A DNA stretch of 64,000 bases, from assembly GCA_951406725.2 (NCBI GenBank), contig OX597830.1:53630001-53694000 (forward strand), given 5' to 3'. The first letter of the stretch is position 1; every line of letters begins with the position of its first letter. The position numbers and the translations under genes were made by a program. Of the stretch, positions 27,641 to 38,384 are shown piece by piece. Origin of the DNA: Octopus vulgaris. Its lineage: Eukaryota. The notes beneath the pieces are model-generated. The model was not told the DNA's origin, did not search any database, and saw only the letters and a list, made by a program, of their open reading frames with translations.

Positions 27641-30600
27641 CATGATGGCCGTCTACTTGTGACCGAGGAAGACCATTGCCGACCTTCAGGAACATTGTGC
27701 GCTCTAGGACTAACTTATATTTTACATTTGCAGCTCCGTTGGTGGCTAATGAGCCCTGCTCTTGACAAGCATACACGACTGCAAACATTGCAGACCAAGC
27801 TTTCCCTATTCACTATACGAGCCGTGCACTTTCGCACAGCTCACTTAAGTTCTTCATGCTGGATACGTGCTCTCTCAAAAGTATTGATCCCCTCCTTAAC
27901 CTGCTTCCTCCATCTGTGGCGATGACAGGCATTGTTCTCCCAGTCAGTGTCCTGCATATCAAAGGCCTTTAACGAGGACTTGACACAGTCCTTAAATCGC
28001 AGCCTTGGTTTCTGCCGGAGTCTCCTTCCATTCACAAGTTCTCCATAGAGCATCTGCTTAGGAATCCTTCTATTCTCCATTCTAATAAGGTGTCCAGTCC
28101 AACACAACCGGTGCTTGTGTACCATCGCCTCAATACTCAAGATATCAGCTGTCCTCAGGATCTGTGTGTCTGGAATTTTTGAGGTCCAGCCAACATTGAG
28201 AATGTGTCTGAGACATCTCTGATGAAAACGTTCAAGGACCCTTACCTGACGTTTGTACAGAGTCCATGTCTCACATGAATAGAGAAGCGATGTCAGTACA
28301 CAAGCACGGTACACAGCAACTTTTGTTCTCCTTGCGATGCCATGTTGGGACCAGACACGAGACTGAAGAGATCAGAAGGAATTAGTTGCTCTCTGCAACC
28401 TGAAAGATATTTCCTCATCCAGGGAGCAAGAACGGCTGAGTGTGCTGCCCAGGTAGACAAACTTGTCTACTACCTTCAGAATTGTTCCTTCAACCAAGAT
28501 AGCTGGTTCTATATATGGATTTCCTGGTGCAGGCTGGAACATTACAACAGTCTTGTCCAGGCTAATGCTGAGTCCAAATGCCCTGCAAGAAGCAGAAATG
28601 CAATTCATGAGTATTTGCATGTCATCCACTGTATGAGTGACTAAGTCACAGTCATCTGCATAAAGGAGGTCACGAATAATAGACTGGGAAACCTTTGAAT
28701 TGGCAACAAATCGGCGAAGATTAAAGAGGCAGCCAGAAGATCGATATCTGACATATATTCCCAGAGAGCTAACCTTAGCAAAAGCATGAGTAAAAGTAGC
28801 AGCAAAGTACAAAGAAAGGAGAGTTGGGGCAAGGATGTCACCCTGCTTAACACCATTCTCTACAGGAATGGGTCCCGCCATGGCACCACCAACATTGACC
28901 CAAGCCTCCATTCCATCATGAAATGATTCAATTATAGATACAAAGTGATCCGGACATCCAAGTTTGCCAAGTATTTTCCATAGAAAGGCCCTATTTACAG
29001 TATCAAAGGCCTTAGTTAAATCAATGAATATCTGGACAAGATCCACATTCTGCTCATAGTACTTCTCCTGCATCTGTCTTGCTGTGAAAATCATATCCAT
29101 TGTCCCTCTACCAGATCGGAAGCCACATTGAGATTCAGATAGGACATCATTTACGAGACACCCATTCAGACAGGTAAGAAGAATATTTGCCAGAACCTTG
29201 CCAGCAGCTGATAGTAGAGCAATACCTCTGTAGTTACCACACATTGTTCTGGCTCCTTTTCCTTTATATAGAGGAAGAATAATTGCATCCTTCCAGTCCT
29301 TAGGGATTGCACCATCACTCCAGACTGCACTAATAAGTTCATGAAGGGACTGTGTGATGCAATTGCCACAAAATCGCAAGACCTCAGCACAAATTCCATC
29401 CTTTCCAGGTGCCCTACCAAGATTCAATTTACTCATTGATGTCATTACTTCATGTATTGATGATGAGGAGTCTAAGGAGTCAATGATAGGTCTTTGTTTC
29501 ATAGTATCAATCACTGTTTCATCCACAACTGACTCATGGTTTAGGAGTTCAGAGAAGTGTTCAATCCAGCGACCTGTGATTTCTGTTGATTTAGTAAACA
29601 GAGTGGAAGACTCCTTGGAAAGCAAAGGAGCTGATGTGGAGCTCTTAGGTCCATAAGCTCGCTTCATAAGATGGTAAAGCTTCTTGCTGTCATTTGCATC
29701 AGCAGCAGCCTGAACATCACGAGCAAGATCCTCCCACCAAGTGTTCTGTATCTTCCTGAGAGATCGCTGCAGTAGTGATTTTACACTGTTATAGTGGGCA
29801 AGTGCTAGACTTTGCTGCACAGTTGACAGTTCTCTGTGCAGCAACACACTGTGGGCATGGCACTTCACCACTAATAGTCTTTGAATTTCAGCCTCATTCT
29901 CATCAAACCAGTCTCTGTGTCTGGCAGTAACATACCCCAGTGTTTCGGCTGCACATTGAACAACCTGATCTCGAAAATCTTCCCATGCTGCAGCAGTTTC
30001 AATGCTGGACAAGCGAGTCTGAAGCTCTTTCCTAACCACAACGTCATATACCTTGTGGACATTTAGACGGCGAGGAATGCTGACTGGTCCTCTTCTCTCT
30101 TTCGCCCTAATCACCATTCGGAACTTTGCTCGCACCAGACTGTGGTCTGTCCAGCATTCTGATCCATGCAAGGACTTGACATTACAAATGTCATAAATGT
30201 CATGCTTGTGGATGATGACGTAATCCAGCAAGCGCCAAACTTTGGACCCTGGATGCATCCATGTTGTTGTGTGATCACCTTTGTGCACAAAATGAGTACT
30301 TGCAATGTAAAGTCCATGTTCTTCGCAAAGCTCCAGTAGCATGAGACCATTGCTATTCATTTTCCCTACTCCAAAACGTCCTAGAGAGTTCCATGTTTGC
30401 CAGTCTGTTCCTACTCTGGCATTAAAATCCCCCAGTAGAATGACTTTATCAGAATTGGGGATTTTTCTAAGTATGGCTCTCAGCTGGGTATAAAAGATTA
30501 TTTTATCTTCATCACAGCTAGTCAAAGTAGGTGCATAGGCACTTATTAGAGTAGCAAACTGCTTACCTTTCAAGTGCAACCGTAGGGTCATTATACATTC

Positions 30601-31861
30601 ATTTATAGGAACAGGGAGCTCTTCCAACTTCTTCAGGATATCAGATCGGACTGCAAAACCAACACCAGCCTCTCTGCATTCCTCCTTCTGCCTTCCTTTC
30701 CAAAAAAAGGTGTATCCACCTCCTACTTCCTCAAGCTGACCATCACCTTCTATACGAGTCTCTGAGAGTGCAGCTATATCAATTTTATAACGATTCAGCT
30801 CACGAGCAACAAGTGCAGTGCATCTTTCAGGCCTGCAATCACTCTTGTTGTCCAACAGAGTATGCACATTCCAACATGAAATGTTTAAGTTCTGTCCAGA
30901 TTTTATAGATAAAAGACTCTTTGTTTTTTGAGCGCAGGGTGGACATCCGTCAGTCGCGCTAAACTGACCAGATATGGAAAGACAGGCAATTTTTGGTTCA
31001 CCTTTTCTAGAACCTCCCCGGTCTCCAGGTGAGCAATGCCCTCTCCAAATGGAGCTGCTCAGACACCCATGCAGCAACCGAATCCTACTGCTGTCTTGGG
31101 CGACAAGGAGACAACTTTATATCTAGCATGGGCCGCCTATGTGCAGGTCGCTGACTACATGCTTCCAACCCATCAGGTCTGCATGCTTCACCACCTTCCC
31201 ATTGCCGAGGACTTCCGAATAAAAAAAATATACATATATCTATATACTAAAAATGAAGAAAATATATACTAAAAATAAGATAGATATATATAGAAAAAAA
31301 AGAAAAGAAGAAAAAAAAAGAAAAAGAAAAAAAGGTCAGCAATGCCTGTGCAGAGTTTTAGGTCCAATAAGGCTTGCACAACACCTCATAGACCCTCTCC
31401 ACTCTATTGACATTATCCAGAGACAAGCCGGAGCAAGATGTCTGGTGCCAATATGAGTCGCAGGCTCAGGGATGTGGGAGCGCCGTGATCTCTAGCACAA
31501 ACCAAAGATCCCCAAAATGTTCAATGCCATTCCCTGCATATCTGGTTTTATATCAGAGTGACCTTCTCCTAGAGACGTGCTTTAACAAAAGCTGAGGGGC
31601 GCCTCACTCCCAGTGGTCTTTCAGCATGCCGGACACCACTCCGGAATTTCTACGTACCCGTGCTAACATTTATTGGATGGCCGTTGACTCTCAAGAGGTC
31701 CTCCGCCCTTTGACAGGTTTTGTTTTTCATCCCACAGGGTGTCCAATAAACACCCTCCTCACCAAGCAAGCTTGGCGGGGTTGCCGGTTTAGTCGCCGAC
31801 GACCCAACCATGCAACAGGTTGTACTGGGTTACATGTTACCAGTAGCACTCGAAGGTGACC
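27641..31861 (-). mobile_element. Near full-length RTE-clade non-LTR retrotransposon (about 4.2 kb)
   Basis: Single APE+RT ORF, long 5' UTR and short 3' UTR ending GACGGCCATCATG. Flanked on both sides by (CATA)n microsatellite. Confidence 0.93.
27715..31077 (-). pseudogene. RTE ORF (AP endonuclease + reverse transcriptase + C-terminal zinc finger) interrupted by two in-frame TGA codons
   Basis: APE motifs WNVHTL, ALSETR, SAYAPT, LLGDFNARVG and TDHSLV; RT motifs QCGFRSGRGT, FIDLTKAFD, GVKQGDILAP and LLYADD. Track ORFs 28372-31077 and 27841-28314 are in the same frame. Reading through the second stop gives CNVCSRVCLSRAGLISHQRSC and a TAA at 27715-27717. Confidence 0.92.
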
Positions 31862-31929
31862 ATACAAACATACATACATACATATATATATATATAATAT
31901 ATATATGTATATATATGTATATATGTATA

Positions 31930-31960
<31 letters not shown>

Positions 31961-31971
31961 GGAAAAAAATT

Positions 31972-32256
31972 TCAAGGTAGAAAATACTAAAATAATTTTA
32001 TAAAAAAAATATCTTAGTACCAGCTTCGGTCATTGAAACTTTTTCAACTCTAAGTATGGAAAACAATTAAATTTTGGAGAAATTAAATGATAAGTATTTT
32101 AAAAGAATATTTGCATAGTATTCAAATACAAGTGGCATTTTCCTTTTCATTTAATTTTTCCAAAATTTAATTGTTTTCCATTGAAAAAGTCTCAATGACC
32201 GAAGCTGGTACTAAGATGTTTTTTTTATAAAATTATTTTAGTATTTTCTACCTTGA
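31972..32256. repeat. Long fold-back inverted repeat (about 110-119 bp arms, about 56 bp spacer)
   Basis: 31972-32090 is the reverse complement of 32147-32256, with a few substitutions and one indel of about 9 bp. Confidence 0.9.
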
Positions 32257-32471
32257 CCTTTTTTTCTATAAATATATCAACTCATGTGTTCCTTTTCAAC
32301 CTTCTACATATATATATTTATAGTAAAGTAAATAAGATGGCTAGCAGCAGGCTGTTTCGCCTCATACCGAAGGAATTAGAAATGGCAGTCAAAAACCGTT
32401 TTTTCCATTTTCTATAAGTGGAGATTCCAAAAACGAAGGCCCATGGGGCTCACATACACAAAACCGGAGTA

Positions 32472-32475
<4 letters not shown>

Positions 32476-32532
<57 letters not shown>
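32476..32532. repeat. (AG)n microsatellite
   Basis: Seen directly. Confidence 0.97.
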
Positions 32533-32535
<3 letters not shown>

Positions 32536-32691
32536 AGGAGTAAATATAAGGACAAGCAAGTTTGGCAAGTCGATTTAATATTTTTGTATGTTGACTTGCC
32601 TAACCTGCTTGTCCTTACCTTTATTCCTTTACCTGCTCAAATTTAAATCTCTTGAGCATTAGGAAGTGTGTTCTATACAGAGATTACCTGT

Positions 32692-32761
<70 letters not shown>

Positions 32762-32788
32762 AAAAAACACATACATATACATATACAT

Positions 32789-33198
32789 AGGCGCAGGAGT
32801 GGCTGTGTGGTAAGTAGCTTGTTTACCAACCACATGGTTCCGGGTTCAGTCCCACTGCGTGGCACCTTGGGCAAGTGTCTTCTACTATAGCCTAGGGCCG
32901 ACCAAAGCCTTGTGAGTGGATTTGGTAGACGGAAACTGAAAGAAGCCCGTCGTATATATGTATACATATATATATGCCTGTGTGTGTTTGTGTGTCTGTG
33001 TTTGTCCCCCTAGCATTGCTTGACAACCGATGCTGGTGTGTTTATGTCCCCGTTACTTAGCGGTTCGGCAAAAGAGACCGATAGAATAAGTACTGGCTTA
33101 CAAAAGAATAAGTCCCGGGGTCGAGTTGCTCGATTAAAGGCAGTGCTCCAGCATGGCCGCAGTCAAATGACTGAAACAAGTAAAAGAGTAAAAGAGTA
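32789..33198 (+). mobile_element. Full-length tRNA-derived SINE with CORE-like domain
   Basis: A-box-like TGGCTGTGTGG, B-box-like GGTTCAGTCCC, CORE-like GTGGCACCTTGGGCAAGTGTC, internal (TA/TG)n and a TAAAAGAG repeat tail. A near-identical copy lies at 52111. Confidence 0.88.
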
Positions 33199-33569
33199 TA
33201 CTAGCAGGTAATACCAGTCATTGATTGAGTAATTACTTTTACTCTTTCTCAGGAGCCACATTCAAAGTGTTATTATATTTATAGATTTACTCCTCCTGTA
33301 TGTGTGTATTTTATAAGAAAAAATCATGTAAAAATTGAAGTAGAACAAAGATCAATTTCATACATGAACTTCTGTTTGTTTATTATATGACCATAATGAG
33401 TTGTATGTGTTATTTTATATATCAATACAGTAATGGCAATTATATAATACACAAGACTTTGGTCGGCACAGGGCTGTAATGAAAGAGAATTGCCCAATGT
33501 GCCACACACTGGGACTGAGCCCAAAGAGACATGGTTGGAAAGCAAGCTTCTCAACTGTACAGCCATGCA

Positions 33570-33912
33570 GCTAACTGGCTTCTGTGCCGGTGGCACATAA
33601 AAAGCACCATTTGAGCGTGATTGTTACCAGCATTGCCTCACTGGCACGTGAAAAAACATTTGAGTGAGGTCGTTGGACTGACTCCTGTGCAGGTGGCACG
33701 TAAAAACACCATTTGAGCATGGTTGTTGCCAGTACTGCCTGTGCACGTAAAAGCACCCACTTTACACTTGGAGTGGTTGGCGTTAGGAAGGGCATCTAGC
33801 TGTAGAAACTCTGCGAGATCAGATTGGAGCCTGGTGCAGCCATCTGGTTTGCCAGACCTCAGTCAAATCATCCAACCAATGTTAGCATGGAAAGCGGACG
33901 TTAAATGATGAC

Positions 33913-33948
<36 letters not shown>

Positions 33949-34066
33949 AAGCTTGATGACTCTGCCAGATCAGATTGGAGCCTGGTGCAGCCATCTGGTT
34001 TGCCAGACCTCAGTCAAATCATCCAACCCATGCTAGCATGGAAAGCGGACATTAAATGATGATGAC

Positions 34067-34102
<36 letters not shown>

Positions 34103-34112
34103 AAGCTTGATG
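33570..34112 (+). mobile_element. RTE-related 3'-end repeat with tandem GTGCCGGTGGCACGTAAAAAGCACC units and a duplicated tail
   Basis: Four motif units (33584-33760), then the GGTTGGCGTTAGGAAGGGCATC core. The last ~150 bp plus flank is present twice (33810-33959 and 33960-34112). Confidence 0.82.
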
Positions 34113-34317
34113 CCCTTCCTGTCATCAATCCTTACCTGTTTCCAAGTAAGGTAATAACGCCCTAATGACCAGACATGTTTTCATAGAAGATTGGAAACGA
34201 AGGACATTACTTGTATGATGGTGACATTTGTTTACAACTATCACGTGAAATCAAGGTAAAGGGACAGTAACACTCACATTTGCACACATAGATATGCATG
34301 CATACATACATAGATAA

Positions 34318-34470
34318 CAGGCTTCTTTCGGTTTCTCCTGTCAACCAAACCCACTCACTAGGCTTCGGTTAATCTAGGGCTGAAGTAGAAGACACTTACT
34401 CCAAGGTGCCATGCAGTGGGACTGAACCTGAGACCATGTTATTGGGAAACAAGCTACTACACAGCCACAC
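34318..34470 (-). mobile_element. Degenerate CORE-type SINE head
   Basis: AGTAGAAGACACTT..CCAAGGTGCCATGCAGTGGGACTGAACC matches the reverse complement of the 32789 element. A similar remnant lies at about 33455-33570. Confidence 0.7.
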
Positions 34471-34489
34471 TTGAACCTATACTACCTCA

Positions 34490-34785
34490 TTCATATGAAA
34501 TATTTCTATAATCAAAGTTATTACAGCACCATCACCTGGTTTATGTGAAATATTTATGTGATTAAAGAGTGATTAGTGTCACTGCCATCTTGTTTATGTG
34601 AAATATTTATGTGATTAAAGAGTGACAGTGAATTACCAATTTGTTTATGCAAACTATTTCTATGATAAAAGTGTGATAGTGGTACCACCATCTTGTTTAT
34701 CTTAAATATTTTTATGATTAAAGAGTGATAGTGGAACAAATCTTGTTTAAGGGAAATAAGTGCATGATTAAAAAGTGATTAATTC
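34490..34785. repeat. Minisatellite, about 52-bp unit, 5-6 diverged copies
   Basis: TTGTTTATGTGAAATATTTATGTGATTAAAGAGTGATAGTG-like unit recurring at about 34539, 34592, 34643, 34695 and 34745. Confidence 0.85.
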
Positions 34786-34979
34786 AATGACATGTGCTTG
34801 GTGTGCACAGGAACAGAAACCTGGCTAAGTTGCTGTAAGCAATCTTGGGACCTGAAAAAAAAAAAATACCAAAAAGTTTTAGTTCAACGCCTTGAATACA
34901 TTTGACTTTTGGCTGTTATTTGAAGAGTTGCAGAACCTGTTGAAGAGATACCGGAAAATTCCTAAGCATAGAAATAGTA

Positions 34980-35560
34980 ATCAGAGCCTAAAAGGTCAAC
35001 ATTGCAAAGATGGGAGTGGAAATTAGTAGCAGAAGTTACTAAACACTTGTGTTATCTGGTGAATGGCCTTGTTTGATGTGTAGAAAAGGAAGTACACAAG
35101 AACTTGATACTCTGTATTTAGGGCAAGCAATTGGTACAGAAAAGGTGCAGGTTGGCATAGTGACAAGAGAACCAAGATTTCAAATGTTAAAAGATGTACA
35201 GGAATAGTTAGCAGTAGGGACACTCGTGAAATGGTATCTATCAACTGATCTGATAGTTCACCAGGCGTAGTCTAGTCTAGGTTACCTTAGTGACATAATT
35301 ACTGCTGGGGAGTGGTGTTGGTGGTGAAACTTGCAGGGAAAGTAACAGTTGCTTGTATAAGAAACGGGTAGGAATAATTCAGGACGCCGTTACATCATTT
35401 TGGCAAAAAAAAAAAAGGTTTCTTTGTCTTGCTCCCTACATACCCCCACTTTCTCACTCTCTCTACCCCTTCTCTCTGTCAAGGAAGACCGATCATATGA
35501 AAAAAAAAATGTAAGGAGTATGATGCAATATGGCAGTGAGGCGTGACATATTGACAGCTG
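34980..35560 (+). pseudogene. Highly degenerate RTE RT fragment (same family as 44170-45190)
   Basis: Remnant GEWPCLMCRKG at about 35058 and QYGSEA (LYGSET-like) at about 35525; many stops and indels. Confidence 0.55.
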
Positions 35561-36396
35561 CTTCAAACCTCATTACCATATTGCATCACAGATCCGCAGA
35601 GCCTGGAGAGGAAGGAATTGAATATGATTATGATTTATTGGAATTATAAGAGAAACTTTCGTGAAAAGTGACGTTCAAGTAAGAGGAGAAAGTGGCTGAG
35701 AATTAAAGGTATAAAACAGCAAGGTGCTGTACATTGGAGGAGAGGTGCCCGCAGGGCTACGGATACCACCAGCTGTGTTAGAAAAATAAAATAAATATAG
35801 TAGTATGTGTTACTGCATGGTTTCTTATGGTTCAGCTGTTAGGGTTTTCTGTGATGAAACTATACCATCCAATTAGCGTTCCAGCCATAACCATCTCACC
35901 TTCTTTTCTGGTACAATATATCTAGGATTGAGTTATGCAGCACATTCAAAAAGATTTTCAATTGGTAAGATGCAGTCTGAGTAAGATTTGGCTGCTATTT
36001 TTAACAGACTGCATAGAGAGGCTTCGTTCCCGTCTCCATGGAGGAACTAGCAAGACATGTAGGGAATGGGTAAGATTAGAACTGAAAATCAACACCTTCA
36101 GAGAGACAGTTAATGATACGAAATTGATTTGGCAAGTCGGATACTGAACCACACACACACACACATTTAAACCGTACAAAACATTATCTGACAAAGAACT
36201 CAGTACTTGTAGCAGAGTTATTTTTTCAATAAAAAAAAATTAACGGTGGCGAACGTGTCATTGAAATTCTTTAAAACGAAAGTGTTTTCCACAAAACTTA
36301 AAAAAAATACCATCAATATTGATGTCAATGTATATGTGTGTGTTTTCTCTCTTTCTCACGGAGATAAAGAGAGAACAGGGATAGAACAACACACAC

Positions 36397-36431
<35 letters not shown>

Positions 36432-37054
36432 GGTGTGTGTGTGTATGTTTACTGTTATCAGCAGCATAGCGTACACATGGCCATGGCTGAGTGGTTAAGG
36501 TCGCTTTGCAACTATGAAGGCTCGGTTTCTATCTTAATGTCCGGTATTTTTGAGTGTCTTTTACCATAACTTTTAGTTGTTCCAGCCTTTGTGTGTGAAG
36601 CTGGGTAGATAGAAAATGCGCGCCCGTCGGATGGACTGGACTAGACTTGTAACTTTGTTACAGCGCACTGTGTAAAGCTGATTGAGTCAAAGGTGGTTTC
36701 ATCTGTGGAATACTCGGTTACTTCACTATAATTCAATGAATAAATAGTACAGTTGATCGAACGAGAATTCACTTTATATTTTACCAGTAGCAAAACTGCC
36801 CTTATCGACACAGACGGCTGATTTCTTCAAACCATATAAAAAGATCATCATCATCAATAAGAGGCCATCACATCTCATATCTTTTACTGCTGCTATTAAC
36901 GGCTTCCCTTCCTCTTGTTAAAAACAACAATAACAAAATAGAAGTGTGGTGTATTATTTGCACTGCCATGCTCACTTATTTTGCCAAGCACCTACAGATC
37001 ATGTACGCTGCTCTTCTCCAGCTTAATAGCATGTCGGCCGACCGAAAGAATTTT

Positions 37055-38384
37055 CAGCAAAAGATATCATGCTGATATTCACTTGGTTTCACCTCATGTT
37101 CAGATCTTTTTTATTTTTATAACTCACTCTCCCACACACACACACACATATACTGTATATCTGGTAGTGTACGGAACTGCTATGCTTTTCTCTATGTATC
37201 TTTCTCTCTTTCAGTCTATTTTTATGCATATGTGAGTGTTGTCTCTGATTCTATCTATTCACCCTCTCACCCTGTGAATTTGTGTGTGTGTATATATATA
37301 TATATATACATATACATACACATATAATATTATGTACACGCAGTATATATATATTTATAGAGTGTGTCGTTCTCGTTTTCAACTCTGTTACAATTCAACC
37401 AAGTAAACCGGTCTTTCTTTATTTGTCTCTCTCTGTTTTCTCTGGTTCTGTGTGACTTCATCATATCTCGTGACGCTTTTCACTGAACTCCGCGCCGAGA
37501 AGTGGGAGCACGCTCCTTTTATCACGTTCAATCGTAGGCAGTCAGAAAGAGAGACGGACAAGCAACACATACCGTATGTAATAATAATAATAATAATAAT
37601 AATAATTATTATTATTATTATAACAAGAAATTATGTCAGGCCACATATAACCAATCTAGTCCATCATCATCATCATCATCACTCAGCAAAAGATATCATG
37701 CTGATATTCACTTGGTTTCACCTCATGTTCAGATCTTTTTTATTTTTATAACTCACTCTCCCACACACACACACACATATACTGTATATCTGGTAGTGTA
37801 CGGAACTGCTATGCTTTTCTCTATGTATCTTTCTCTCTTTCAGTCTATTTTTATGCATATGTGAGTGTTGTCTCTGATTCTATCTATTCACCCTCTCACC
37901 CTGTGAATTTGTGTGTGTGTATATATATATATATATACATATACATACACATATAATATTATGTACACGCAGTATATATATATTTATAGAGTGTGTCGTT
38001 CTCGTTTTCAACTCTGTTACAATTCTGTAACCATCTTTATATCTCTCTCTGTATCTCTGGTTATCTGTTTTCATCATATCTGCTATCCTTCAATCTGCTT
38101 CCTGTCTGTCTGTTTGATAGAGAGAGACAGAAGGAAATAAATATTAAAGGACAGATATATACACCAAACACACATGTTATCTCTTGTCTCTCTCTTATTC
38201 CTTCATTCAGTGACAAAACACAGAAACAAGCCAATGCTCTTTCATTCAGAGACACGCTCCTTTTATCACGTTCAATCGTAGGCAGTCAGAAAGAGAGACG
38301 GACAAGCAACACATACCGTATGTAATAATAATAATAATAATAATAATAATTATTATTATTATTATAACAAGAAATTATGTCAGT
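37055..38384 (+). repeat. Local tandem duplication of unique-looking sequence
   Basis: 37055-37395 is nearly identical to 37684-38025, and 37509-37639 is nearly identical to 38252-38383. Confidence 0.92.

Noticed and set aside
27841-28374. Selenocysteine or programmed readthrough at the RTE TGA codons
   Set aside because: Both positions align with Arg/Gly-type residues rather than Cys, no SECIS is evident, and point mutation is the simpler explanation.
32789-32865. tRNA gene
   Set aside because: A/B boxes are present, but there is no full cloverleaf and the sequence continues into a multi-copy SINE body.
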